From the NCBI GenBank assembly GCA_046313635.1, contig JBKBYA010000003.1:216769-280768 (forward strand): a DNA stretch of 64,000 nt, in the 5' to 3' direction. The notes beneath the pieces were generated by a model. The model was not told where the DNA came from. It was given only the letters and a program-made list of their open reading frames with translations, and made no database searches. The position numbers and the translations under genes are program-made. Origin of the DNA: Pyrinomonadaceae bacterium. Lineage in GTDB: Bacteria; Acidobacteriota; Blastocatellia; Pyrinomonadales; Pyrinomonadaceae. Below are positions 1-9,619 of the stretch, one piece after another. Position 1 is the first letter of the stretch, and every line of letters begins with the position of its first letter.

Positions 1-2
1 GG

Positions 3-965
3 CACGGCCGGATGAGTGCGGTTGATCCGGTTGCGTCGTCTATGATTTGGACCAAGCCTCAAAGTTTGAATCGATACCTCTATTGCTTGAACAATCCACT
101 TTCGTACATTGATAAGAGCGGGGGTTTTCCTACAGAGATCCACAATCAACTCATCAAGGATGCTTTTCCGGGTTTAAATGATGCTCAAATTAGGATGATT
201 CAGTACGGAAGTGCGTTAGTCGACACCACGTTCGGTACAGGTAACTTCGTTCAAATATGGAATGACGGAAGCAATCCTTTCATTGGCAGTCCTTGGTCAA
301 GGATGAGCGTTGGCCCTGTGTTGTTCGACTTCCCCCGCACGCTTCTTCCGTCGGAAGCGTACAAGCACGCAATGACCCCACCTGGCAAAAGCAAAGAAGA
401 AGCCGTTGTAATGGCTGACGACTTTATCAGTTCGAACATCAATGATGCGATCAAATTGCAGAATTCATTCGACTCGTCAGGAACCTTTATTTCGCATGCA
501 GCGCTGGTGTCTTTTGGCAAGGCAGCTCATACGATGATGGACGCATTTTCTCCCACGCACAGATTCTTTCAGCCCTATTCCATTCCTCGCACGAATGCAA
601 TTAGTGGATATTTCACTGCGAAGGTGGGCGACGTCAATTATAGCGAGTCTGATTGGGTAAAATTCATTGGCGATGGGCTTGCACACAAGCGCGGGGAGAG
701 CAGCATTACTTCTGCCGAACGCGCCGGGGCTATTCGCTTGCTACGAATAAACCTGCTAACCGGATTAGGTAAGACAATCTTTGAACAAGCCGTGACGGAT
801 CCCAGTCAAAGACAGGCAATATATGCTGCTGTCGATTCGTCGCGCTACACAACCAGTGTGCCAAGCAGTTTCTCAATCAGCCGACCGTTCTCGGTACCAA
901 CTGGCGAGTGGATGTTCGAAAGGCCTCAGTTGACGTTTCGGACAAACTTTTTCAGGGCGAACTAG
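3..965 (+). CDS. RHS repeat-associated core protein, C-terminal part with polymorphic toxin tip (5'-truncated by window edge)
   Basis: Frame is open from base 3: HGRMSAVDP...PQSLNRYLYCLNNPLSYIDKSG matches the RHS core end (GRFxSxDP...PQSxNRYxYxxNNPxxxxDPxG), followed by a ~280-aa variable tip. Confidence 0.88.
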   Translation, partial: HGRMSAVDPVASSMIWTKPQSLNRYLYCLNNPLSYIDKSGGFPTEIHNQLIKDAFPGLNDAQIRMIQYGSALVDTTFGTGNFVQIWNDGSNPFIGSPWSRMSVGPVLFDFPRTLLPSEAYKHAMTPPGKSKEEAVVMADDFISSNINDAIKLQNSFDSSGTFISHAALVSFGKAAHTMMDAFSPTHRFFQPYSIPRTNAISGYFTAKVGDVNYSESDWVKFIGDGLAHKRGESSITSAERAGAIRLLRINLLTGLGKTIFEQAVTDPSQRQAIYAAVDSSRYTTSVPSSFSISRPFSVPTGEWMFERPQLTFRTNFFRAN

Positions 966-982
966 TTGATGGTAGATTGAAG

Positions 983-1435
983 ATGTTGGACTCAATGAAT
1001 AAACCGCATGTATCGGTTACAAGAAAGCACTTAATCGTCGCTGCGTTGTTCGCATTGACGGGACTAGCCATAGCCCCTTTACCTTCTGAGATAGTTCCCG
1101 AATGGCATGTTCAAGCCGTCGCGGAAAATGGCAAACCAATTGCAAATGTGCGGATTACCCAAGAATGGTCATACAGCAGTCTCATTGGGGTTAATTCACA
1201 AACGCTAATCAGCAATGAGGATGGCCAAGTAATTTTCCCCGCCCGACGGGTCTGGTACCCACTACTGCTGAAATTTTCCATGCGAATAGTGGAGTATCTC
1301 AACTACCTTGTGATGCCTCACGGTTCTAGGGTGGGCCCGTATTCGCGTGTCACATCACCTGACGGAAATTACTATTGGTTAGAACATCACCCCGGAAGGC
1401 AGCAGGAGCACCGACTGATTATTAAAGCCCTGTGA
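983..1435 (+). CDS. Putative immunity protein; membrane-anchored or exported, beta-sandwich-like
   Basis: Directly after the RHS tip; hydrophobic stretch LIVAALFALTGLAIAPL then 'VAENGKPIANVRI' (carboxypeptidase-regulatory-like pattern); start at ATG 983 or 995. Confidence 0.5.
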   Translation: MLDSMNKPHVSVTRKHLIVAALFALTGLAIAPLPSEIVPEWHVQAVAENGKPIANVRITQEWSYSSLIGVNSQTLISNEDGQVIFPARRVWYPLLLKFSMRIVEYLNYLVMPHGSRVGPYSRVTSPDGNYYWLEHHPGRQQEHRLIIKAL

Positions 1436-1735
1436 GCAAATCGTGTAAGGCTGGAAACCTTCGTTTGGTCTGTGAATAACGAAATCGTGCAACTCATGAC
1501 GCGGATCTCCCAAGCGCTTTGACCGCGGCATTTGTGTCCAAAGTTGAAATACCGGTTCGCCTGGCGGTGCACCCAAACCACGGAAAGTCGAGCCTTTACC
1601 TGGCAGTCATTGTGCATTCTCGGAGGTAACGTCCAGTTGAACCTGCTCGCTACGGTGTTGTCGTAAGCAATGAATTCTAAACCGCCGGTGGGCTGCTTTG
1701 CATCCATTTGCGGGCGAATCCCAAACGCGGCGGAG

Positions 1736-1879
1736 AGAACCTACGCCAATTCGTTCTTGTATACGCCGGATGGCAAGATCGAAAGACTGAGACTTGGAAA
1801 TGGGCTGTGGGAAAGAGCGACCTTCAACACACGGCTGCAGGTCACCTCATTGAATCTCGGCCGCGGTCTGGAGGGCGAT
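1736..1879 (+). pseudogene. RHS/YD-repeat fragment truncated by the IS3 end
   Basis: RTYANSFLYTPDGKIERLRLGNGLWERATFNTRLQVTSLNLG resembles RHS YD repeats; its stop codon TGA (1880-1882) is the first three bases of the IS terminus. Confidence 0.65.
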
Positions 1880-1907
1880 TGAGCTACCCCCTATTCTTGT
1901 TACCGAT

Positions 1908-2765
1908 CTAAACTAGAGGATTCCGGGTTTCCTGATGTTTCTGAACCACCTCATTCGGGGTCAGGCCGCACAGCGCGCTGTGCGGCCTGAATCCGTTGTA
2001 ATCATCCCTGAATGCCCGGATCTTCTCGACCGCATCTTCGATCGACAGGAACCAGTTGACGTTCAGGCACTCGTCGCGAAAGCTGCCGTTGAACGACTCG
2101 ATGAATGCGTTATCCGTAGGCTTTCCGGGCCTTGAGAAGTCCAGCGTGACATCGTTCGCGTAGGCCCAGTGGTCAAGCACCTTTGAGATGAACTCGCTGC
2201 CGTTATCGACCTGTATTCGTTTCGGCACAATGCCTCTCGTTCGCTTGATCCGATCCATAACATTCACCACATCGGGGCCTTTCAGGGACTGGCCGACCTC
2301 GATCTCCAGACATTCGCGGCTAAAATTATCGACTAAAGTTAAGACCCGGAAACGGCGCCCGTCGAACAGCTGATCTGCCACGAAGTCCATGCTCCAACAC
2401 TCATGCGGACCAGTAAGAACTGGCTGTTGCATTCTATGGGCCGCCGCCTTTCGCCTTCTCGGCCTCTTCCGTCGCAGGTTCAAACCCTCTTCCTTGTATA
2501 TGCGGTACGTTCGCTTGTGGTTGTCCCGCCAGCCTTCACGTCTGAGAACCGTGTGGATCCGCCAGAAACCGTATCTTACCCGCGTTTCCGCGATCTCTCT
2601 TATCCGCTGCCTCACCGCCCGGTCGTCCCTCGGCCGCTCGATATACCGGAACACTTTCCGCGAGATCGCCACCACCGAACACGCCCGGCTCTCCGAGACC
2701 CGGTATGCATCCAGCAACCACCTTACTAACTGCTTTTTCTGCTTTGCCTTCAGACACTTTTTTTT
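1908..2765 (-). CDS. IS3-family transposase OrfB (HTH + rve integrase core)
   Basis: RYGFWRIH...NHKRTYRIYKEEGL, WSMDF, VDNGSEF, PGKPTDNAFIESFNGSFRDECLN, YNGFRPHSAL; normally reached by -1 frameshift, so the track's upstream 'MTSYNPRG' is not part of it. Confidence 0.93.
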   Translation of the reverse strand, partial: KKKCLKAKQKKQLVRWLLDAYRVSESRACSVVAISRKVFRYIERPRDDRAVRQRIREIAETRVRYGFWRIHTVLRREGWRDNHKRTYRIYKEEGLNLRRKRPRRRKAAAHRMQQPVLTGPHECWSMDFVADQLFDGRRFRVLTLVDNFSRECLEIEVGQSLKGPDVVNVMDRIKRTRGIVPKRIQVDNGSEFISKVLDHWAYANDVTLDFSRPGKPTDNAFIESFNGSFRDECLNVNWFLSIEDAVEKIRAFRDDYNGFRPHSALCGLTPNEVVQKHQETRNPLV

Positions 2766-2806
2766 AACACGTCCTGCAGCATCTGCTTGTCCAGGCTCAG
2801 ATCCGC
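2750..2806 (-). pseudogene. IS3 OrfA C-terminal remnant
   Basis: Minus strand reads ADLSLDKQMLQDVLKKSV*, a typical IS3 OrfA end; similarity stops abruptly at ~2807. Confidence 0.8.
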
Positions 2807-2808
2807 GC

Positions 2809-2874
2809 GGATTGTATGAGGTCACGCCTCAACAACAGAATCCAAAGAATCCGGCTGATATTTACTTTCCATAA
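2809..2874 (+). pseudogene. Possible C-terminal remnant of a deleted toxin gene
   Basis: GLYEVTPQQQNPKNPADIYFP* lies between the IS junction and the next gene (16 bp gap); positional inference only. Confidence 0.35.
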
Positions 2875-2890
2875 AACTTAAAGGCTTTGT

Positions 2891-3427
2891 ATGCGAAATT
2901 TGATAAGTTTTCTAATAGTTCTAAGTTTCTCCATTTGCTGTTTCGCTCAATCGAATAGCAAAGCGGTGGATTCGTGTGAGAATGTTCGATTGGATTCTAA
3001 GAAACCGAGCGTTTTTATCACTTTTGAAAGGTTCTGGGAAAGAACATCCAACGAAGAAAGTAACAAGGAAATTTGGTTAAGGCTGCACAACAACACGAAA
3101 TGGAATTTATTCGTAAAAGCAATTGGTCAGGACAAAGAAAATTCCGTTTACGGATTGACGTATGAAGTGCAAAGAGTACGAAATCCAGAAGTCAACAAAA
3201 ATATTGATGTCCCTGTCGGCAGACGACAAGCTCACGTGGGCAGCATTCATAGAATTGAATCTGGAAAATCCATTTTGTTCAGCGTTCCTAAACAGCATCT
3301 GACCGCTGGACTTGCTGTGTTTGTTTCTTTCAGCTATGAATGGGAGGTACTAGGTAAATTTGGCGGCGACCTTTCTATATTGCATCAAGCCCCTTTTTGG
3401 TCAACTGACTTGCCACCCGAAAAGTAA
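2891..3427 (+). CDS. Exported hypothetical protein, candidate orphan immunity protein
   Basis: AT-rich 178-aa ORF with Sec signal MRNLISFLIVLSFSICCFAQ, inside the RHS locus, followed by a terminator. Confidence 0.65.
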   Translation: MRNLISFLIVLSFSICCFAQSNSKAVDSCENVRLDSKKPSVFITFERFWERTSNEESNKEIWLRLHNNTKWNLFVKAIGQDKENSVYGLTYEVQRVRNPEVNKNIDVPVGRRQAHVGSIHRIESGKSILFSVPKQHLTAGLAVFVSFSYEWEVLGKFGGDLSILHQAPFWSTDLPPEK

Positions 3428-3451
3428 AGCTATTTTATCTTTCTAAAGTCA

Positions 3452-3480
3452 AAAAGGCGTGATGTTCAATCACGCCTTTT
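3452..3480. terminator. Rho-independent terminator (potentially bidirectional)
   Basis: AAAAGGCGTGAT-gttca-ATCACGCCTTTT perfect inverted repeat. Confidence 0.8.
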
Positions 3481-3576
3481 GCTTTTCCGCTTGCCTTTGC
3501 TGGCGAACGAACGCCGAGACGAACTCGACCACCTCATCTTGCTGACGACGCGGCAGATTGGAGACTTCTTCAGAAT

Positions 3577-4166
3577 CGGGGTCAGGCCTACTTTGTTGAC
3601 GATTCTACTTTTCTTGCCTGGCCTTTGTTGATATAAGAACGGTCATATTATGGCCAGAAAACCGAGGCTTGAGGTTGAGGGCGGACTTTATCACTTGATC
3701 ACTCGCGGGGTCGAACGGCGGGACATTTTTCACGCGGCGGACGACTATCGGAAATTCCTCTCGCTGCTGGCCGTTCAAAAAGAAATAACAATCGGGGTCA
3801 GTTCTGCAATTGTTGCAATTCTTGGATTGGCTCTCGTTTCGAAATACAAATGATGCGGCCGAGGTCATATGGCATGGTATCCGAGGGCCGAGGTCGAGGG
3901 CGGCCTGGGAATCCTTGATGGCTGCGTCGAGGCTCGTCGGCGCAAACAACCGCAAACTGTCCGACCTGACCAACCTTAATACCTCAAACGTCAGCCGGCG
4001 ACACGACTCGGCCGTTCGTCGCACCAAAGAAGAAGACCGGTTTCGCAAACTCGTGGACAAGATCGTCACAGCCTACAGCAAGACCAAACGAGAATTGCAC
4101 AAATTGCAGCACTGACCCCGGTTCCTTATCCGTTCCGTCTGCTACCCCGTTACTTCTGCTGACCCC
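3577..4166. repeat. GGGGTCAG/CTGACCCC REP-like terminal motifs around the RAYT remnant
   Basis: CGGGGTCAG at 3577 and 3793; CTGACCCC at 4112 and 4159; 3793-3822 and 4091-4120 are a 27/30 inverted repeat. Confidence 0.7.
3650..4115 (+). pseudogene. REP-associated tyrosine transposase (RAYT/Y1 HUH) pseudogene with internal deletion
   Basis: N-terminus MARKPRLEVEGGLYHLITRGVERRDIFHAADDYRKFL is typical of Y1/RAYT; an HTH-like tail (LSDLTNLNTSNVSRR) lies in another frame; the HUH core is absent. Confidence 0.75.
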
Positions 4167-4245
4167 TTTACTTACGCAGCATTACCGAGCAATGAATGAG
4201 CAGCTTCCGGGCCGACTCAGGTAGACCTGATCCGCTCGGCGTCCT

Positions 4246-6051
4246 TTACGGCGTCTTGAGGAGCTGCTGCTTGCCGGCGATGGCCTGAGCGTATGCGCCG
4301 CCGGGGACGTCGGCTAGTTGGATCGCTTTGTCGTAGAGCTGCATCGCCATCGCGCGATCGTTGTAGAACTCGTAGATGCGGGCGAGTGCGACGTAGGTCA
4401 GCGAGATGAGTGCCTTGTCGGTCGACGGAGCGGCGGTCTTGAGGACCATCGAATAGGCGTTCTTTGCCTCGACGAGATAGCCGGCCTGCTCTTCGGCATC
4501 GTCGGTCGCGCCGGCGGAGAGCGTGGCGACGCGGCCGATGTTGTAGTAGATGCGGGCGTCGCCGGGATTTGAGCCGAGCAGGTCCTTGAGGTCTTTGCGG
4601 GCCTGGGCGTAGCTCTTGGCCTCGATCGTCTTTTGGATCTCGAGCAGGCGGGAAGTGACGGGATTTTCGATCACGGCCGTCTCTGCTTGCGCTCCGGCGG
4701 CGGCGATCCGCTTGCGGCGCTCTTCGCGTGCGGCGAGACCGCGCTTTCGGGCGTCGGCAAATTCGGCGAGGCGATCGGTTTCTTTCGCCGCGTCCAGTGA
4801 CAGCACCATCTCGCGCATCGAGGCCGCGATGTCGAAGCCCGAATCCTCAAGCCCGCGGAGCTGCCGGGCAAAATAAAATGCGAGCACCGCGCCCTTCTCG
4901 TAATCTTCCGAAAGGTGGAGCGCGGTCTCGTCGGCGAGCGTCTGCTTGAGCTTTTCGAGCTCGGCCGTGACGGCGCGTTTCTCAGCGTCGGTCTTGAGGG
5001 TCGCGATCTTTTGCCGCGCGGCGGCGGTCGCAGCCTGTATCTGCGAATATTCGGATTGACGGGCGTCGACGGCTGCGACGAGCGAGCGCGACACCGCAAG
5101 ATAAACGTCCGTCGAAACGCTCGCTCCCGCCTTGCGGCGTTCGTCGAGGAGCTGTCTGATCCCGGCCGAGACCGACGCGATCTCCTTTGCGTTTGAAAAG
5201 ACCACCGCATCCGCGACGTACTGCAAAAACGCGCGGCGGGCCTCAGAGATGCTGAGGTCGGTGCCCGGCGGCACGATCACATAATAGTCGTCGCGAATAT
5301 TCAGGAAAGTCGTATTCCCGGCAGGCATCAGCATCTCGGGCACGATGAAGAAGCGCCGCTCGTGCTCGCGGGTCTCCGTCTTGTTGAGCACGGTGCGCTT
5401 CGAGCGCTGCGTCTCGACCTTGACGCGCTCGGTATAGATCGTCTGCGGCCGCGTGTGAAGGTAGCCGAGCAGCTCGGTGACCATCTCGCGGGCCGAGCCG
5501 CGCAGTGATGCGTCGGCCGTCTTCAAGTACTCCGCCGCGTAGCCGTCGATCTTTGCCCCGATGCCCGTGCGGCGATAGAACTCGCGAACTAGCGGCGCAA
5601 AATCCAGCACGTCGAGCAGCTCGCCCGGCAGATCTGAAGTCACGACCGGATCGGCCAACTCCGGTGCCGGCGACAGCGAATATGCCATCGAGACGAAGGG
5701 AGCGATCGTCTCCGCGTCGCTCAGGCCGGGTCGCCGCTTGCGGTACTGCGCGACGAATGTCGAGATCTTTTGCCGCAGGTCGTCGGGCACGGTCAACTCG
5801 CTCTCGAGCCGCCGGCGAAACGCTTCGCCCGCGGGCGTGAGCGCCGCCTTGAAGGCGCGTTCGCCCTTCGCCGCATCGCCGGGCACGAGGGCCGCGTCGA
5901 GCGTCGCGAGCACGACGATCAGGCGTTTGTCCGGCTCGATCCTGACGCCGTAATTCGAGAGGTCGAGCACCGTCGAGGCCGGCGTGCCCTGCGCGCTCGC
6001 CGAGCCGGCCATACAAAGACAAGCAATGAACAGAAAAAGGACTCTTTTCAT
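4246..6051 (-). CDS. Exported helical protein with C-terminal TPRs
   Basis: Signal peptide MKRVLFLFIACLCMAGSASAQ (ATG 6051); TPR-like NPGDARIYYNIGRV and YVALARIYEFYNDRAMAMQLYDKAI. Confidence 0.75.
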   Translation of the reverse strand: MKRVLFLFIACLCMAGSASAQGTPASTVLDLSNYGVRIEPDKRLIVVLATLDAALVPGDAAKGERAFKAALTPAGEAFRRRLESELTVPDDLRQKISTFVAQYRKRRPGLSDAETIAPFVSMAYSLSPAPELADPVVTSDLPGELLDVLDFAPLVREFYRRTGIGAKIDGYAAEYLKTADASLRGSAREMVTELLGYLHTRPQTIYTERVKVETQRSKRTVLNKTETREHERRFFIVPEMLMPAGNTTFLNIRDDYYVIVPPGTDLSISEARRAFLQYVADAVVFSNAKEIASVSAGIRQLLDERRKAGASVSTDVYLAVSRSLVAAVDARQSEYSQIQAATAAARQKIATLKTDAEKRAVTAELEKLKQTLADETALHLSEDYEKGAVLAFYFARQLRGLEDSGFDIAASMREMVLSLDAAKETDRLAEFADARKRGLAAREERRKRIAAAGAQAETAVIENPVTSRLLEIQKTIEAKSYAQARKDLKDLLGSNPGDARIYYNIGRVATLSAGATDDAEEQAGYLVEAKNAYSMVLKTAAPSTDKALISLTYVALARIYEFYNDRAMAMQLYDKAIQLADVPGGAYAQAIAGKQQLLKTP

Positions 6052-6206
6052 CCGAAGTACTGATGCCGAGAGGCTTTGAGACAATCCAGTGATGAAGCGG
6101 CCGACGCCGGGGATGCACGAGAACAATAAAAATAAAGGATAAAGGACCGAGCAGGCCGATCCTTTATCCCCTGAATCCGAACATTCGCCGCCGCCGGCGT
6201 GACGGG

Positions 6207-6554
6207 TTAGCTAAAGCTCTTGAGAGCGTCGGCCTCTTCGTCGTAAACGTCAAAGACGGTAAGAAGCTTTGTGATCGCGAGCAGGTCCTGGATCTTTTGC
6301 GTAAGCTTCAGGAGCTTGAGCGTGCCGCCCTCTTTGTTGACGGCCGTAAAGCTCGAGACGAGCTCGCCGATGCCGCTCGAATCGATGTATCCGACGCCGG
6401 CCAGATTGAGCAGGATCTTGTTCTTGCCTTCGCCGAGAAGTCGACGGATCGCGTTGCGCAGCGCCACGCTGCCTTCGCCGATCGTGACTTTGCCTTCGAG
6501 ATCAAGGATCGTTACGTCGCCTGCCTGGCGCTCGGAAATGTTGATATCAGCCAT
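6207..6554 (-). CDS. STAS-domain anti-anti-sigma factor (RsbV/SpoIIAA-like)
   Basis: [20 protein letters not shown] with the phosphorylatable Ser. Confidence 0.92.
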   Translation of the reverse strand: MADINISERQAGDVTILDLEGKVTIGEGSVALRNAIRRLLGEGKNKILLNLAGVGYIDSSGIGELVSSFTAVNKEGGTLKLLKLTQKIQDLLAITKLLTVFDVYDEEADALKSFS

Positions 6555-6634
6555 TTTGTCTCCTCTTTTACTAAATGAATTGAAAGCCGATTTTAGACCA
6601 CAACCTCTGAATGTCCAAACTTCGCCGTCTAGTC

Positions 6635-7045
6635 TCAGCGGCGCTTTAACATCCGCACCGTGACGCCGCCGTCGGCGTTGTTTGACCAGCCGATCTCGTC
6701 CATAAAGGACCGCATAAAGAGAATGCCGCGGCCGGTATTCTTGAGCAGATTTGCCGGGTCTGTCGGGTCAGGAACCTCATCGACGGCAAAGCCCTCGCCG
6801 TGGTCGCGCACCGAAACTTCAAACCCCTCGGCCGTATCTGCGAACGTGATCTCGACGCGCTTGGTCTCGGCAAACTTGTTGCCGTGCTTGACCGCATTCG
6901 CGACCGACTCGCGCACGGCGAGGTCGATCGCTGAAAGATATTCGTCGCCGTAGCTCCACTCGCGGGCGATGCGTTCAGCCTCGGCGGCAGCGTCCTCGAC
7001 AGACTCTATCCTGCTCGGGAGCGAAAGTTCTTTTATCCTGGACAC
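6635..7045 (-). CDS. Anti-sigma factor Ser kinase (RsbW/SpoIIAB-like, HATPase)
   Basis: [35 protein letters not shown]; adjacent to the STAS gene. Confidence 0.9.
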   Translation of the reverse strand: MSRIKELSLPSRIESVEDAAAEAERIAREWSYGDEYLSAIDLAVRESVANAVKHGNKFAETKRVEITFADTAEGFEVSVRDHGEGFAVDEVPDPTDPANLLKNTGRGILFMRSFMDEIGWSNNADGGVTVRMLKRR

Positions 7046-7122
7046 GGTTGATTCTCTGTAAATTATAGAGTCACGCGAGTTGCTGTCAAGACAAAGGCGC
7101 GACGGCGGTTTAGAATATCAGC

Positions 7123-8433
7123 GTGAGAGTCAGACCGGCCAAAAGTCTGCGGGGCGAGGTCGCCGTCCCGGGCGACAAATCCGTCTCGCACCGCGCGGCG
7201 ATGTTTTCGGCGATCGCCGAGGGCGAGACGGTGATATCCAATTTTTCGGCAAGCGAAGACTGCTCTTCGACGCTCGCGTGTCTTGCCGAGCTCGGCGTCG
7301 AGATAGAGAGGGAAGGTCCGACCGTACGGGTCCGCGGCCGCGGGCTGCGCGGTCTGCGGCAGCCTGCGAAGGCGCTCGACTGCGGCAACAGCGGCACGAC
7401 GATGCGCCTCTTGTCAGGCATACTCGCCGGGCAGACGCTGACGGCCGAGCTTGTCGGCGACCGCTCGCTCAGCTCGCGGCCGATGCGCCGCGTCATCGAA
7501 CCGCTCAAGGCGATGGGCGCGGAGATCACGTCCGCGGACGGCCACGCGCCTCTCAAGATCGAAGGCCGCGACCTCTCGGGCATCGACTACCGGTTGCCTG
7601 TCGCGTCGGCGCAGATCAAGTCGTGCGTGCTGCTCGCCGGCCTGAATGCGAGCGGCCGGACGACGGTCGTCGAGCCGGTCGCGACGCGCGATCACACCGA
7701 GCGAATGCTCGCGTGGCTGGGAGCAGACATTTCGACCGTATCGGTCGGCTCAGGCGAGCGGAGCGTGACGGTGCGCGGCGGGCAGACGCTCACCGCCCGC
7801 GACATCGCCGTGCCGGGCGACATTTCGGCGGCGGCCTTTTTTGCCGTCGCGGCCGCGGCGCTCGAGGGCTCAGAGATCGTGATACCCGGCGTCGGCATCA
7901 ACGAGACGCGTACGGGCGTGCTGACCGCGCTGCGCTCGATCGGCGTGAATCTTGAGATAGCGAACGCGCGCCAAGTTTCAAATGAGCCGGTGGGCGACCT
8001 CGTCGTCCGCGGCGGCATCGCGGCGAGCGTGGAACTTGACGGGCCCGTAAAGATCGACGGCGCGATCGTCGCCAATCTCATCGACGAGGTGCCGATCATC
8101 GCGGTGCTCGGTACGCAGCTTCCGAGCGGGCTCGAGATCCGCGACGCCGCCGAGCTGCGAGTAAAAGAGAGCGACCGCATCGCGACCGTCGTCCAAAACC
8201 TGCGGCGAATGGGCGCGTCGGTCGAGGAGTTTCACGACGGTCTGCGTGTCGAGCGCTCGACGCTCCACGCGGCCGAGATCGAGTCGTACGGCGATCACCG
8301 CATCGCGATGGCGTTCGCGGTCGCAGCGCTGCTTGCGAGCGACGGCGAGACCGCGATCAACGGCGCCGAGGCCGTCGACGTATCGTTCCCCGGCTTTTTT
8401 GAAATGCTCGCCTCGGTTACGCTAGCGCGATGA
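7123..8433 (+). CDS. aroA: 3-phosphoshikimate 1-carboxyvinyltransferase (EPSP synthase)
   Basis: VPGDKSVSHRA, DCGNSGTTMRL, ASAQIKS, RDHTERML, RVKESDRI, DHRIAMA. Confidence 0.97.
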   Translation: MRVRPAKSLRGEVAVPGDKSVSHRAAMFSAIAEGETVISNFSASEDCSSTLACLAELGVEIEREGPTVRVRGRGLRGLRQPAKALDCGNSGTTMRLLSGILAGQTLTAELVGDRSLSSRPMRRVIEPLKAMGAEITSADGHAPLKIEGRDLSGIDYRLPVASAQIKSCVLLAGLNASGRTTVVEPVATRDHTERMLAWLGADISTVSVGSGERSVTVRGGQTLTARDIAVPGDISAAAFFAVAAAALEGSEIVIPGVGINETRTGVLTALRSIGVNLEIANARQVSNEPVGDLVVRGGIAASVELDGPVKIDGAIVANLIDEVPIIAVLGTQLPSGLEIRDAAELRVKESDRIATVVQNLRRMGASVEEFHDGLRVERSTLHAAEIESYGDHRIAMAFAVAALLASDGETAINGAEAVDVSFPGFFEMLASVTLAR

Positions 8434-8948
8434 ACGACAACGGCAATCTGCGGATCGCTCTGACCGGCTTTATGGGCGTCGGCAAATCGAGCGTCGCACG
8501 CCATCTGTCGCACCTACTCCGCTGCCGGCGGCTCGATCTCGACCTGCTGATCGAGGAGCGCGCGGGCCGCACGATCGCCGAGCTGATCGACTCGATCGGC
8601 ATCGACGAATTTCGCCTTGTCGAGTCAGAAGTGCTCGCCGGCGTGGTCGCCGAGCCGGGGCCATGCATCCTCTCGCTCGGCGGCGGCACGTGGACCGTCG
8701 AGGCCAATCGTCTCGCGATCAGATCCGCGGGTTATCGGTCGATCTGGCTCGAGTCGTCATTCGAGCACTGCTGGTACAACATCCGCTCCTCGCGCAAAGA
8801 GCGCCCGCTCGCCCGCAGCAAGCACGACGCCCGACGGCTCTTTGACGAGCGGCAGCGGGTCTACTGCCTCGCCGATTCGCACTTTATCGTGCGGCCGGAA
8901 TTCACGTCGTTCGAGATCGCGCGCCAGATCGTCGAGGAACTTGGCTAG
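8430..8948 (+). CDS. aroK: Shikimate kinase
   Basis: GFMGVGKS P-loop, SLGGG, ERPL; ATGA overlap with aroA. Confidence 0.92.
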   Translation: MNDNGNLRIALTGFMGVGKSSVARHLSHLLRCRRLDLDLLIEERAGRTIAELIDSIGIDEFRLVESEVLAGVVAEPGPCILSLGGGTWTVEANRLAIRSAGYRSIWLESSFEHCWYNIRSSRKERPLARSKHDARRLFDERQRVYCLADSHFIVRPEFTSFEIARQIVEELG

Positions 8949-9112
8949 CGACGCGGCCGGAAAATACCTTGAATTTGATTTGCCTGCTGTATCAAGATTG
9001 AAGCTATCGGCCATAACGAACGAAATTCGTCGATCCGCAAGCCGGACTCGTGCGGCCGAAAGTCGTCGGCGACTGTCGCCGGCCTGAATTATTCGAATCG
9101 AACTGGAGGAAT

Positions 9113-9604
9113 ATGAAGCTCAGGATTCTTACGATCATTTCTCTGGCGTGCATGCTGCTCGCAGCCGCCGCGTGTGGAAAGAAGGACGCCGACATTCAAA
9201 AGGCCGTTCAGGACAAGCTAGCCGCCGTGGGCGTCACCGGCGTAGCGGCGACGGTCAAGGACGGCACGGCGACGCTCACCGGCGAGGTCGCCGACGTGAC
9301 CGTCAAGAAAAAGGCCGAGGACGCCGCCAAGTCGGTCGACGGCGTCAAGTCGGTCGACAGCAAGCTGACGACAAGGCCGCTGCCCGTCGCCACGCCTGCG
9401 GCAAATGACCAGGCGTTGACCGGCAAGATAAACGAAGACCTGAAAAAGGCCGGCTGCGACGGCGCTACAGCGACCGTGGTCGGCGGCCGCGTCACCGTCG
9501 CCGGTGCCGTGCCCGAGTCGAAGTACGTGACCTGCATCCAGGTCATCAACCAGTCGGGCATCACCGGCATCGACAACCAGCTCAAGAAGGGGCCGGTCAA
9601 GTAA
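9113..9604 (+). CDS. BON-domain lipoprotein
   Basis: GGAGG RBS, lipobox-like LAAAAC, VKDGTATLTGEV...AKSVDGVKSVDSKL BON pattern. Confidence 0.85.
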   Translation: MKLRILTIISLACMLLAAAACGKKDADIQKAVQDKLAAVGVTGVAATVKDGTATLTGEVADVTVKKKAEDAAKSVDGVKSVDSKLTTRPLPVATPAANDQALTGKINEDLKKAGCDGATATVVGGRVTVAGAVPESKYVTCIQVINQSGITGIDNQLKKGPVK

Positions 9605-9619
9605 GGAGGTAAGAGACAA

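Larger units (their letters stand above)
1880..2806 (-). mobile_element. Partial IS3-family insertion sequence (right IR, orfB and last codons of orfA; left end missing)
   Basis: Terminus TGAGCTACCCCC at 1880 fits the TG...CA IS3 end; DDE orfB; orfA tail; A8G slippery site at 2757-2765 on the minus strand. Confidence 0.9.

Noticed and set aside
1387..1707. 106-aa minus-strand ORF in the RHS locus
   Set aside because: No recognisable motif and overlaps the neighbouring gene; could be a gene fragment but I cannot support it.
2766..2825. Track N-terminus of the IS3 ORF (MTSYNPRG...)
   Set aside because: It crosses the deletion junction and reads the orfA remnant out of frame; OrfB is reached by frameshift.
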